DNA of 64,000 nucleotides from Candidatus Micrarchaeota archaeon (GTDB lineage Archaea; Micrarchaeota; Micrarchaeia; Anstonellales; Bilamarchaeaceae): NCBI GenBank assembly GCA_043821365.1, contig JBDRCX010000006.1, positions 512,001 to 576,000 of the forward strand, read 5' to 3'. Shown piece by piece: positions 54,910 to 64,000 of this stretch (position 1 is its first letter; each line of letters starts with the position of its first letter). The notes under the pieces were generated by a model. It saw only the letters and a program-made list of their open reading frames with translations, ran no database searches and was not told where the DNA came from. The position numbers and the translations under genes were made by a program.

Positions 54910-55157
54910 AGCCTCCGGAGGGGATTGAACCCCCGACTTCCTCCTTTCCCGCTTTTCGTAAAAGCGGGACCAAAACTAATTTGCTAATTTTTGCCCAAGG
55001 CAAAAATGGTAAACCAAAAAACCCTGGAGGGTTTTTAAACAATCAGTTTTGATCCAACTTTTTCTAAAAGTTGGTTACAAGAGAGGCGCTCTACCGTTGC
55101 ACGCCTTGCGGACAAATCTTTTACAGATCGCCGTGCAAGACTCTGAGCTACAGAGGC
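54910..55157 (-). tRNA. tRNA-Thr(UGU) with two introns: D-loop 15/16 (55097-55142, 46 nt) and canonical 37/38 (54946-55075, 130 nt)
   Basis: Spliced product GCCTCTGTAGCTCAGCGGTAGAGCGCCTCTCTTGTAAGGAGGAAGTCGGGGGTTCAATCCCCTCCGGAGGCT folds as a cloverleaf with U73. BHB-like junctions AG/A with AA/C, and UA/A with AA/A. Confidence 0.9.
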
Positions 55158-55302
55158 ATGTGCTCAACATATAGCCGATGACATACAGGCCAGATTCATC
55201 TGGTGCGGACATATTAGAAGCACTAATATGTTATCTACTCCATTCGACAGTTTTGGTATTTGACTGATAAAGTTTAAATAACAACTTCCTAAACCATCAT
55301 GT

Positions 55303-56397
55303 ATGGATGTTGAAACAAAAATCGACTTAGTGAAGAAAAAACCAACTGAAGAAGTTGTGACTGAAGATGATCTCAGGTCAATCTTTGAAAATTATGCTCA
55401 CCCTAGACATTATATTGGGTATGAGATATCCGGAATGGTTCATATTGGTTCTGGACTGGCAGTTGGACTTAAGATAAAAGATTTTCTCAAAGCAGGTATA
55501 AAACCAACAATTTGGCTTGCAGATTACCATGCATGGATAAACGGAAAGTTCGGTGGCGATCTTAAAAAAATCCAAAAAATAGGCGAAGGATATTTCAAGC
55601 ATGCATTGATTAGTGCAGGTATTGATGATGAAAAAGTTGATTTTCTCTTAGCAAGTAAAACATATCAAGAAAAACCAGAATTTTGGGCAGACATGCTAAA
55701 AATTTCTAAGGATACCACACTCAATCGTATGCTTCGATGCGTTACTATTATGGGGAGAAAAGAATCTGATAATCTTTACAGTTCAGCTATTGTTTATCCT
55801 GCAATGCAGGCAGCAGATATTTTTCTACTTGATGTACAAATTGCACATGCTGGTATGGATCAAAGAAAAGTGCATATGCTTGCCCATGAACTTGCACCAA
55901 AATTCAATAAAAAAATATGTGCAGTGCATGGCCATCTTCTTCCAGGTTTGCAAGGGCCAGGAAGAATGAATGCACCTGGAGTTGAAACTGGAGTTGATTC
56001 AAAAGTTGATGGTGAGATGGATGCTAAAATGAGCAAATCAAAACCTGATTCAGCAATTTTTGTTCATGATTCAGAAGAAGAAATTGCAAGAAAAATCAAA
56101 AAAGCATATTGTCCTGAAAAAATAATCAAAGGAAATCCAGTAATAGAATATGCCGAATATTTAGTTCTAAGGGACAAACCGTTAAAAGTTGAAAGACCTG
56201 AGAAATTTGGTGGAGATATTGAATTCATAACCTCGGAGGAACTAAAGAAAATCTATACTGATGGGAAACTTCATCCAATGGATCTTAAGGCTGCAGTTAC
56301 CAGAGAAGTTTCTGCTATGCTAAAACCAAGCAGGGATTATTTCAACAAAAATAAAGAATATTTAGACCAACTAAAAGTGGATGATATTACGAGGTAG
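55303..56397 (+). CDS. tyrS: Tyrosyl-tRNA synthetase
   Basis: YIGYEISGMVHIG (HIGH-like), YPAMQAAD, AGMDQRKVH, KMSKS. Confidence 0.97.
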   Translation: MDVETKIDLVKKKPTEEVVTEDDLRSIFENYAHPRHYIGYEISGMVHIGSGLAVGLKIKDFLKAGIKPTIWLADYHAWINGKFGGDLKKIQKIGEGYFKHALISAGIDDEKVDFLLASKTYQEKPEFWADMLKISKDTTLNRMLRCVTIMGRKESDNLYSSAIVYPAMQAADIFLLDVQIAHAGMDQRKVHMLAHELAPKFNKKICAVHGHLLPGLQGPGRMNAPGVETGVDSKVDGEMDAKMSKSKPDSAIFVHDSEEEIARKIKKAYCPEKIIKGNPVIEYAEYLVLRDKPLKVERPEKFGGDIEFITSEELKKIYTDGKLHPMDLKAAVTREVSAMLKPSRDYFNKNKEYLDQLKVDDITR

Positions 56398-56402
56398 GGG
56401 TC

Positions 56403-56825
56403 GTGTCTTCTCTCTCCAAGGCAATAAAGTTGGCAAGAAAAGTTCATCTCGATCAGTTTCGAAGGGATGGTAAAACACCTTATTTTATCCATCCAAAAAG
56501 AGTTGCAAAGCTTGTGAAGTTGATGGGTGGGTCGGAAGAACAGATCATACTTGCCTATCTTCATGATGTTATTGAAAATTTCAATGGCGATAAAAATTTT
56601 TTATTATCAGAGATAAAAACTATTTTTGGTGAAAAAATATCCAAACTTCTTCTTCTTTTAACAAGGGAAAAAAACCAATCATATGGAGTTTATCTGAGAA
56701 AAATCAGACGTAATAAAACAGTTCTCCTTGTAAAACTATGTGATATGATCGATAATCTTTCAGATGATCCAACGGAAAAACAAAAGATAAAATATTTGTC
56801 CGTGTTTATTGAGCTGGTGGAGTAA
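56403..56825 (+). CDS. HD-domain protein of the RelA/SpoT-hydrolase (Mesh1-like) family
   Basis: H..QFRRDG.TPYFIHP..VA, AYLHDVIE, VKLCD..DNL. Confidence 0.8.
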   Translation: MSSLSKAIKLARKVHLDQFRRDGKTPYFIHPKRVAKLVKLMGGSEEQIILAYLHDVIENFNGDKNFLLSEIKTIFGEKISKLLLLLTREKNQSYGVYLRKIRRNKTVLLVKLCDMIDNLSDDPTEKQKIKYLSVFIELVE

Positions 56826-56960
56826 TCACATTGGTCTAATATCGCTGTAGTTGCATTTTTTACAAAACGAACCCCAGCAATTTTTGCATCCTATCGCCTT
56901 ACACTTGTAGCATTGTAAAAGCTGATATCCGCTTTTCTTACAACTTGGACATGTGGCCAT
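56826..56960 (-). CDS. Small Cys-rich zinc-finger protein
   Basis: 44 aa with four CxxC pairs; start ATG 56960. Confidence 0.5.
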   Translation of the reverse strand: MATCPSCKKSGYQLLQCYKCKAIGCKNCWGSFCKKCNYSDIRPM

Positions 56961-57011
56961 GTTATTCACATACCCTGTAAGGCTTATAAACATCAACTCT
57001 GTGAAAATTTC

Positions 57012-57605
57012 ATGGATGAAGTGAAAACAGTTTCTGATGCAATGCAAACAACTCAAATTGCTTTAGATGATTATGAAGATCTTTTTTCTGACTTTGATCC
57101 ATCACCATATGGGAAGAGAATACTCTCCACAGATTTTCTCCAAGAGCTTCATAGGCGCTATTCAGAAGATAAAAAAGGAACATTTTGTGTTAATTTCACA
57201 TTGCCAAAAAGTATCCGTTCAGAAAAAATAGAGTCACTTGTCAAAAAAAGATTTAAGGAATATTTTAGAAAAGAATTAAAAACTCTTGAAAAAACAAAAA
57301 AAGAGCAGACAAAAAATGGTCTAATCCGTATTTTTGCCGGTGCAATTCTTGCGATATTTTTAGTTATAATTCCAGAACTTGATTCTGAACCATTTCTGAC
57401 AATTTTCTCAGTTCTTATCTGGTACACTTTATGGTCTGGTTTTGAAAAACTTTTCGAGTCCTCAAAATTACTTACTAATGAAATAATCTTTACTGAAAAA
57501 TTCCTAAAAGCAGATTACAAATTTGTTTCTGAAGAAGAGGTTGTTGAAGTTATACAAAAGATTCAGGAGACTCCAAAGGAGCAGAAACCTCCAGAAAGTT
57601 CTTGA
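57012..57605 (+). CDS. Hypothetical membrane protein
   Basis: LDDYEDLFSDFDP motif and two TM helices. Confidence 0.65.
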   Translation: MDEVKTVSDAMQTTQIALDDYEDLFSDFDPSPYGKRILSTDFLQELHRRYSEDKKGTFCVNFTLPKSIRSEKIESLVKKRFKEYFRKELKTLEKTKKEQTKNGLIRIFAGAILAIFLVIIPELDSEPFLTIFSVLIWYTLWSGFEKLFESSKLLTNEIIFTEKFLKADYKFVSEEEVVEVIQKIQETPKEQKPPESS

Positions 57606-58161
57606 TCATATTTTCCCCGTACTCACTGTGCCAGACTTCAGGATGGAATTGCACACCAAATATTGGTAATGCCCTATGTCTCATTGCTTCTATCCCACAA
57701 TTAGTTGAATGTGCAAGCTTTACAAAATTTTCCGGAAGTTTTTTAACTTCGTCAAAGTGTGATACCCAAACACGTAATTTTGGTGGCGCTCCATTGAATA
57801 TAATATCATTATCATCAATTTTTATACTTCCCATACCATACTCTGCACTTTCTCCTTTTGCCACTTCCCCTCCCCATACTTGTGCAATCATCTGATGTCC
57901 ATAACAAACTCCAAATAAAGGAAGTTTTATATGTTCATCTCTGACTTTTTCACAAATCATTGAACTTAGATTCGGAGGATCTTCGTAGACAGAGTTTGGA
58001 CCACCAGAAAGAATAATTTTTGCAACTCCTGATTTCAAGAATTCATCTACTTTATCATATGTTGCTCTATTATACAACATCTCGGCCTCGTAGCCAAGTT
58101 CCCTACAATTTCTTTTTATCAAATGGGTGTATTGGGATCCATTATCAATGATAAGAATCAT
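57550..58161 (-). CDS. guaAA: GMP synthase glutamine amidotransferase subunit A
   Basis: ILIIDNGSQY, ILSGGP, GVCYGHQ, QFHPEV (Cys-His-Glu triad). Confidence 0.9.
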   Translation of the reverse strand: MILIIDNGSQYTHLIKRNCRELGYEAEMLYNRATYDKVDEFLKSGVAKIILSGGPNSVYEDPPNLSSMICEKVRDEHIKLPLFGVCYGHQMIAQVWGGEVAKGESAEYGMGSIKIDDNDIIFNGAPPKLRVWVSHFDEVKKLPENFVKLAHSTNCGIEAMRHRALPIFGVQFHPEVWHSEYGENMIKNFLEVSAPLESPESFV

Positions 58162-58276
58162 GCTATGAATAAGTTTGGAATAGTTTATATTTTTTAAGTT
58201 ACCTACCTCAAAAAAAAACAGCAATATTTATAAATAAGAAAGCGCCTTTAATGTAAGGTATGCCGAGGCGGAGTAT

Positions 58277-61200
58277 ATGAGATTAATTATCATTTTTGCG
58301 TTGTTGGGTATAATTGGATTAAGTTTTGCTGGTACAATTGGATCTCCAGATCCTATAAATAATTGTCAGGAAATGGATACTTCAGGTTATTACTACCTAA
58401 ATACTAATCTTGTTGGTGCTCCAATAGCTGTTACGGGTGGGAACACCTGCCTCCACATCATCAATTCAAGTATTGTTATTGATGGTAGGGGATACAATAT
58501 AACTAATGACGGAACTGCAAATGCCTCTGCAATTTATGGTAATGGAATTAGTAATTTTACATTTTTCAATTCATCTGTTTCTCAGTACCAAGATGATAAT
58601 TATGGCGGAGGTCAAATAGAGTTTGATCATTCTTCAGACCTTTCTTTCTATGACCTTGTAGTCTACAACGGTAGTGGTGTATCTGGTTTTGATTTTTACA
58701 ATGTTACAGATTTGGAAATTTACAATACTGAGGTGTTCGATCACAATAGGTCTGCAATCAGGGTTGATCTAAGTCAGGATATAGAATTTTATAATCTAGA
58801 GGTTCATGATATTTTTTCTTTCTATCATTGTGACTGGATGATGAACTGTCATTATGATTCTGATCCTGCCATCCGTATAATAAATTCAAATAATCTTGAA
58901 TTTTATGATTCACAAGTATATGATCTTGAAACTGAAGGGGTTGATATTCAGAACCTGACAGGTGCAGACATTTATAGAATTGAAGTTTTCAATTTATCAG
59001 ATATTCCTGATGAAGGTGATGCATCACTCTTAATTCTAGAAACAGTCCGATATGTCTATCTTGAAGATAGTCTGTTTCATGATTCTGAATATTCCTGTGT
59101 CGAAATTCACGAAAGTCAGGAAGATGAAATCGCTGTTGAGAACAGTGTTTTTGATAATTTAACTATCTATAATTGTGCTATTGGTTTGTCTTCAGGCGAC
59201 AATCCTTTTGATTATGAAGAGTATTCTACTAATAATAGTTATACCAACCTTCACATATTCAATAATACACTTGGTATGATTTTATCTGCACACAATGACA
59301 CTATATTGTCAAACCTTAATATTTCTGATAATATAATTTCTGGTTTGACTATGGCTTCATCATCCCATACAAATATAAGTAACAGTAATTTTACTGAAAA
59401 TGGAGTTGTTGACCTTATTGATGCTCCACTTTCAGCACTTATGATCGTTGGTCTTGTTGAATTTGTCCCGCCATTATTACAAGCAGTTCTAGGTCCACTT
59501 GGTTCTGGAGAATTAAATATGAGCGCCATGATGTCCCAGATGCCTGATGGTGGTGCACCAGATTGTTCTACTACTCTTACAAACGTTACTGGTTCTGGCG
59601 GCAGACCAATACTATATCTTAGGAATAATGAAAGCGTTGATGGCGGAGTTTATTCAGAAATACTTGTTTGCGCAGGTAATAACTCTTACATTAACAGTTC
59701 AACAGTCCTTGGATCAGATACCTTACACAATAACGGTCTTTTTGTTATGGGCGGAAGCAAAATGACTATAAAGAATTATACCTCAAATGGAAATGCCTTT
59801 GGTATGGTCCTTGTTTCTGTTGCTGACAGCCTGATAATTAATAATACAATTAATGATTCAACTGTTATTTTTGAATCACAATTAGAGGAATTTGACGTTA
59901 ATATATCTGAATTCATTGACATGGCTGGTCTTAATTCAAGTGATTACATGGATGTTGGTGAATTCACTCTTGCATGGAAGGTACTTGGACTTGCCTATGG
60001 TAGTGTTACAACATTCGGTACAATTAACACTACATTCTCAAACAATCTGATACAAAACAATGATTATTCTGGTTTTATCTCGTTTTTATCTTTCTGGAAC
60101 ACTTATGATGGTAATCTGATAAGATCCAACAATCAACATGCCATCGGAGATTTAGAATTTTCAATTCCAGTTAAAGCTCAAACTGTAGGTCCTGTTGAAT
60201 TTGATCCAAATTCTTCTACTGACATAACTCTAACTGGGTTAGACACCATAAGATCTGGGTTTATATCTATAGCAGGATTCGGGGATAGTTATTCTGGTAA
60301 TATTTTCTATAATAATACTGGGGCTGGTTTCACAAGTGTATTGACCTATGGAAATTCTTTCAATGAAAATCAAGCATACAATAACAGTGTATCTGGTTAT
60401 GTTACTGTTCTTGGTGCACATAATACTTTTGTCGGAGACCAAGCATATCAAAACAATCCAGAAGATCTTAAAAATTCATTTGATTTATCACTATCAACAC
60501 CAGCATCTTCATTTGAAGACCTACTAAACTATACTCCTGCAAATGCAACTGATGATGCATTATTGATGATACCAGCTTTTGTGGTTGGGGATATCACTAT
60601 CAATGCACCAAAGAATCTTTCGCACAATGTTGAAATTGTTATTTATTCCCCAGTTGCAAATCTGTCTTATTACCATACCCCTAACATCACTTCAAGTGCT
60701 AATTTCTCTCCAAACCTTTCTCTGAATTCAACATACTGGATTGAGGATTCACTTGGTGAAAATATTACTATTCATCTTAATGGGAATATGCCATTTTCTT
60801 TTACAATCAACATTCATGAAAATGCTTCTGAAAACGCAACTTTCAGCAAATTAAAAATGGATATTATGGAAGTTGCTCCAGCCTCAGGTGGATTTGTTAA
60901 TCACCTATCAATAGCAACAAGGTTGCTAGGCGTTCAATCATATGAGAATAATGGTTATGGTGTTGCTGATTTTGCAATCCCACCAATATCTGTTGATCTA
61001 AATGTTGGTGAAAGTGTTGAGCTTATTGATGGGCCAGATATATTCTTGCTTGCATCTCTTCAACTTTTATTGAACCTTGTTTCAACTAATATCCCTGGGA
61101 CACTTATCATAGCATCAACTGTTTCAAACAACAGTATGGATGACGTAAATACAGGATCGCTAATCCTTCCTTATGCAAAAACTTCAAAAGTAGTTTTCAA

Positions 61201-63517
61201 TGATGCAGTTGGAGTTAGCTTAGAAACTGGAAGAGGTAGTTTATTCCAGCAATTCATGGATACAATGCCAATGGACTATTTTGCAACTATGACGTTTATT
61301 CAAGAAGATGAAGAAGGGGATTTTGATATACAGATGAGAGTAGGTAATATTTGGGAAGAAGATAGCAGTTATTTAAATGGTCTGCCACTCGCAATGAATA
61401 ATTCTCCAACTCTAGAAACTTTTGTATATAATAATAACATTGTTCTTCTTATCTCAAATTCAACTAATGTAAGTGCTTATACGTGGAACGGGTCAATATG
61501 GCAGCCAAATGCATCCTGGGCAAGTGGTTTGAATGGTATGCCAGTCGCATATCCGATCTATCCAGCAGTATTCGAAATGGATGGATATTTGCATATGATC
61601 TATGGTACTTCTCCAGGAAATCTGTTTGGTTTAACTTGGACTGGATCAACATGGACAATTAATGCATCACTTACAAATGGTATTACCGGGGCTCCAGCTG
61701 CATTATCTGCATCTCCAACAGTTTTCTATGACAGAGAAAACTACAAGTTTGTTCTTGTTGTAGGTTATGAACTTAATAATAATTTATTTGTTTGGACAAG
61801 AAGCAATGGAAGCTCTAGTTGGTTTGAACCGTCGTGGAATGAATTCGGAGATGATGCTTGGAATTCAAGCCATGGTGCTCTTAGGCCAAGAGCTTATTAC
61901 AGTGAAAAGTTCAATGAAGAAATTATAATTATTGGAATGAGCGATGGTACTTTTGCATGCACATACTGGGATGATGAGCATGAAGAAATAGATGATGGTG
62001 ATATAATAAGATGTCCCCCAGACATAACTCAAAGGTACTATAATCTGACTTGGGTTTCTCCATCAACACCAGTTAGAATTGATGATACATTGATGTTTTT
62101 AGTAAGCAATAAAACCGTAGGTGGAGGAAATTTCACAGCATTTGTCTCTGATGATTCTGATATAGAAATTGGGCTTTATTTACACCCATTGGGTTATAGA
62201 CTTTCAGGAATTGAAGCACCGTCAGCTACAACACCACCTGATTTGATTCCTTTCCATAATGAATATTTCTCATTAATAAGAAGTGCAGATCTGTTTGAAA
62301 CATCTGTGCTTGGTTTACAACTCAATGACTCTTTAGGTAAGAATTATGACCCTCTTATAATTACCATTGCGACTTTCGAATGGGCAAGAGCAAATATGAG
62401 TGGGTATGATGAAGACACAGTTGGCTTATATTGGTGGAATGGAACTGATTGGTTCCTAGTTCCAAATCAATATGTCATACCTTCAAAATACAGATTAGTA
62501 GTACTCAATTTACAATCATATAATGAAACTGAAATCTATGGTTTATTTGCAGATGAAGGTCCAGACCTTAATTGTACTGGTTCATCAAATACTGAGTATA
62601 ATTACATAGATCCAGATGTTGATGTTTCTCATGATTGTGTTGACGGTCTTGAAGTTTCTACTCACACTGCAAGCGGAGATCCATGGGTAAATATCAATGT
62701 TGGATTTGGTTATACTGACCAGAATGGTATCTTTACATATGGACCATTACTATGTGCAGTTGATTGTACGACTGATCTTGACTGTCCAACATATCAAGAA
62801 TGTGTTGGTGGACAATGTGAACCTATAGAATGTTCATGTGGGCAAATTGTTGAACATACTTGCCAGGAATATGATTGTTGTACAAACAATGACTGCGGTT
62901 CAGGTTCAAGTTGTATCAACCACAATTGTGTTTCAGTAGAAACCTGCACTTCTGATGGCCAATGTCTCTCAAGTGAATATTGTGATCTTTCATTGGGAGT
63001 TGGAATCTGCAAACCAGTTTCAAGTACTTGCGGTTATGCAGCAAACCACCAATGGACAGCATATGATTGTGGGGATTCTCCAGATTGTCCAAGCTGTGCT
63101 CCAGGATTTGTTTGTGAAGTTCACGAGTGTGTTGCATTACCATCTGACCTTACTGGTCCAGATTCAGGATTTGTTGGTGATGATGTTAATTTCCATGCAG
63201 TGAACTGCCCACAATGCCAAGTTCAAATCACTGATCCAAGAGGAAAGAACATGTCTGCTTTAACAAGCAGTTCAGGTAACCTTACATTGCCATTATCATA
63301 CAATGGTACATACACATTAACTCTGGTTAAAGGTTCAGTACCTATAAAAACAGCTTCTGTTAGAGCATTGTCAAAGAGTCCAGGCGTTGAGCCTGGTGGA
63401 CCAAGCTTTATCAATGATGTTGCACTCCCAGGGGCATTGATGGCATTATTACTTGCGTTAATTATTGTTTTCTTGTACTCAATTTTTACGAGGAACAAGC
63501 CAAAGATAAATGAATGA
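58277..63517 (+). CDS. Large cell-surface protein: beta-helix repeats, Cys-rich repeats, C-terminal TM anchor
   Basis: Signal peptide; parallel beta-helix periodicity; many NxS/T sequons; C-x2/3-D/N-x1/2-C repeats at about 62750-63140; C-terminal hydrophobic helix. Confidence 0.85.
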   Translation: MRLIIIFALLGIIGLSFAGTIGSPDPINNCQEMDTSGYYYLNTNLVGAPIAVTGGNTCLHIINSSIVIDGRGYNITNDGTANASAIYGNGISNFTFFNSSVSQYQDDNYGGGQIEFDHSSDLSFYDLVVYNGSGVSGFDFYNVTDLEIYNTEVFDHNRSAIRVDLSQDIEFYNLEVHDIFSFYHCDWMMNCHYDSDPAIRIINSNNLEFYDSQVYDLETEGVDIQNLTGADIYRIEVFNLSDIPDEGDASLLILETVRYVYLEDSLFHDSEYSCVEIHESQEDEIAVENSVFDNLTIYNCAIGLSSGDNPFDYEEYSTNNSYTNLHIFNNTLGMILSAHNDTILSNLNISDNIISGLTMASSSHTNISNSNFTENGVVDLIDAPLSALMIVGLVEFVPPLLQAVLGPLGSGELNMSAMMSQMPDGGAPDCSTTLTNVTGSGGRPILYLRNNESVDGGVYSEILVCAGNNSYINSSTVLGSDTLHNNGLFVMGGSKMTIKNYTSNGNAFGMVLVSVADSLIINNTINDSTVIFESQLEEFDVNISEFIDMAGLNSSDYMDVGEFTLAWKVLGLAYGSVTTFGTINTTFSNNLIQNNDYSGFISFLSFWNTYDGNLIRSNNQHAIGDLEFSIPVKAQTVGPVEFDPNSSTDITLTGLDTIRSGFISIAGFGDSYSGNIFYNNTGAGFTSVLTYGNSFNENQAYNNSVSGYVTVLGAHNTFVGDQAYQNNPEDLKNSFDLSLSTPASSFEDLLNYTPANATDDALLMIPAFVVGDITINAPKNLSHNVEIVIYSPVANLSYYHTPNITSSANFSPNLSLNSTYWIEDSLGENITIHLNGNMPFSFTINIHENASENATFSKLKMDIMEVAPASGGFVNHLSIATRLLGVQSYENNGYGVADFAIPPISVDLNVGESVELIDGPDIFLLASLQLLLNLVSTNIPGTLIIASTVSNNSMDDVNTGSLILPYAKTSKVVFNDAVGVSLETGRGSLFQQFMDTMPMDYFATMTFIQEDEEGDFDIQMRVGNIWEEDSSYLNGLPLAMNNSPTLETFVYNNNIVLLISNSTNVSAYTWNGSIWQPNASWASGLNGMPVAYPIYPAVFEMDGYLHMIYGTSPGNLFGLTWTGSTWTINASLTNGITGAPAALSASPTVFYDRENYKFVLVVGYELNNNLFVWTRSNGSSSWFEPSWNEFGDDAWNSSHGALRPRAYYSEKFNEEIIIIGMSDGTFACTYWDDEHEEIDDGDIIRCPPDITQRYYNLTWVSPSTPVRIDDTLMFLVSNKTVGGGNFTAFVSDDSDIEIGLYLHPLGYRLSGIEAPSATTPPDLIPFHNEYFSLIRSADLFETSVLGLQLNDSLGKNYDPLIITIATFEWARANMSGYDEDTVGLYWWNGTDWFLVPNQYVIPSKYRLVVLNLQSYNETEIYGLFADEGPDLNCTGSSNTEYNYIDPDVDVSHDCVDGLEVSTHTASGDPWVNINVGFGYTDQNGIFTYGPLLCAVDCTTDLDCPTYQECVGGQCEPIECSCGQIVEHTCQEYDCCTNNDCGSGSSCINHNCVSVETCTSDGQCLSSEYCDLSLGVGICKPVSSTCGYAANHQWTAYDCGDSPDCPSCAPGFVCEVHECVALPSDLTGPDSGFVGDDVNFHAVNCPQCQVQITDPRGKNMSALTSSSGNLTLPLSYNGTYTLTLVKGSVPIKTASVRALSKSPGVEPGGPSFINDVALPGALMALLLALIIVFLYSIFTRNKPKINE

Positions 63518-63527
63518 GGCGGAATAC

Positions 63528-64000
63528 ATGAGATTAATTATTATTTTTGCATTGTTGGGTTTGGTTGGATTAGTTACTGCAGCAGGTGATATTAGTTCAG
63601 GTCCCATCACAGATTGTGGTACCATACAGGCACCAGGATATTACTCCCTGGCTAACGATCTGTTGGGTGCAGATGTACCTTTCCTTAGTGGGACCCAAGT
63701 CTGTCTTTTGATTAATTCATCAGATGTTGCAATAGATTGTGGTTCTTATACTATGTTTGATGATACTGGCACTAATCAAACTATTGCAATAGCAAACAAT
63801 GCTAGTGCTATACTCAATAATCTCACTATAAAAAATTGTGAAATATCAGGTTATAATGCTGATGGTGAAGATGGCCCCCCATCTTATCCACCAAGAGGCC
63901 AAATTCACATCTACGATGTTGAAAACCTTTCATTATCTGGGCTTGAAGTTCATAATAGTACTTATTCAGTTGGTATTTCTCTTGAGAATGTTAACAATAT
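63528..64000 (+). CDS. Second beta-helix surface protein, tandem paralog (runs off the window)
   Basis: Not in the ORF track. MRLIIIFALLGLVGLVTAAGDISSGPITDCGTIQAPGYYSLANDL...; 5' region 50/57 nt identical to the previous gene. Confidence 0.85.
   Translation, partial: MRLIIIFALLGLVGLVTAAGDISSGPITDCGTIQAPGYYSLANDLLGADVPFLSGTQVCLLINSSDVAIDCGSYTMFDDTGTNQTIAIANNASAILNNLTIKNCEISGYNADGEDGPPSYPPRGQIHIYDVENLSLSGLEVHNSTYSVGISLENVNN

Noticed and set aside
55160-55260. C/D-box sRNA or other ncRNA between tRNA-Thr and tyrS
   Set aside because: Two small hairpins are present, but I found no convincing paired C (RUGAUGA) and D (CUGA) boxes; the region also holds divergent promoters.

Overview
AT-rich archaeal chromosome segment, most consistent with a DPANN lineage such as Micrarchaeota. 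This is an inference from gene content, GGTGA-type Shine-Dalgarno sites, many TTG starts and the S-layer type. The core genes are: the exosome superoperon (rrp4-rrp41-rrp42-rpl37ae-rpo12-Brix-pcc1-prefoldin beta), SBDS, LonB, csl4-rpo11, rps15-rps3ae-NAC, rtcA, a RecJ-like DHH protein, proS, rnz, an S-layer protein, the gins-rpl44e-rps27e-aIF2alpha-nop10-PAC2 cluster, SSB, tyrS, GMP synthase A and two tandem beta-helix surface proteins. Two things stand out. (1) A minus-strand cluster built around a 4444-aa protein that has no signal peptide. It carries a Gly-rich hydrophobic segment, a GNAT-like domain, tandem GGDEF-like domains, an intact PPP-family phosphatase and an unknown C-terminal domain. 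That last domain recurs as a diverged stand-alone gene two ORFs downstream, which resembles a polymorphic-toxin or multi-effector cassette. (2) Two tRNA genes missed by the ORF track, tRNA-Val(CAC) and tRNA-Thr(UGU), are each split by two introns. Their long introns are built from hairpin modules that also occur free in intergenic DNA. Also seen: a cysteine-free Rpo12, an apparent AUA start for aIF2alpha, a TnpB remnant with an intact right end, a pseudoknot-capable S-layer leader, a His-rich protein with a 110-bp duplication, and three toxin-type modules (RelBE-like, MNT-HEPN, Fic). All domain calls are motif recognition by eye; no database searches were run.
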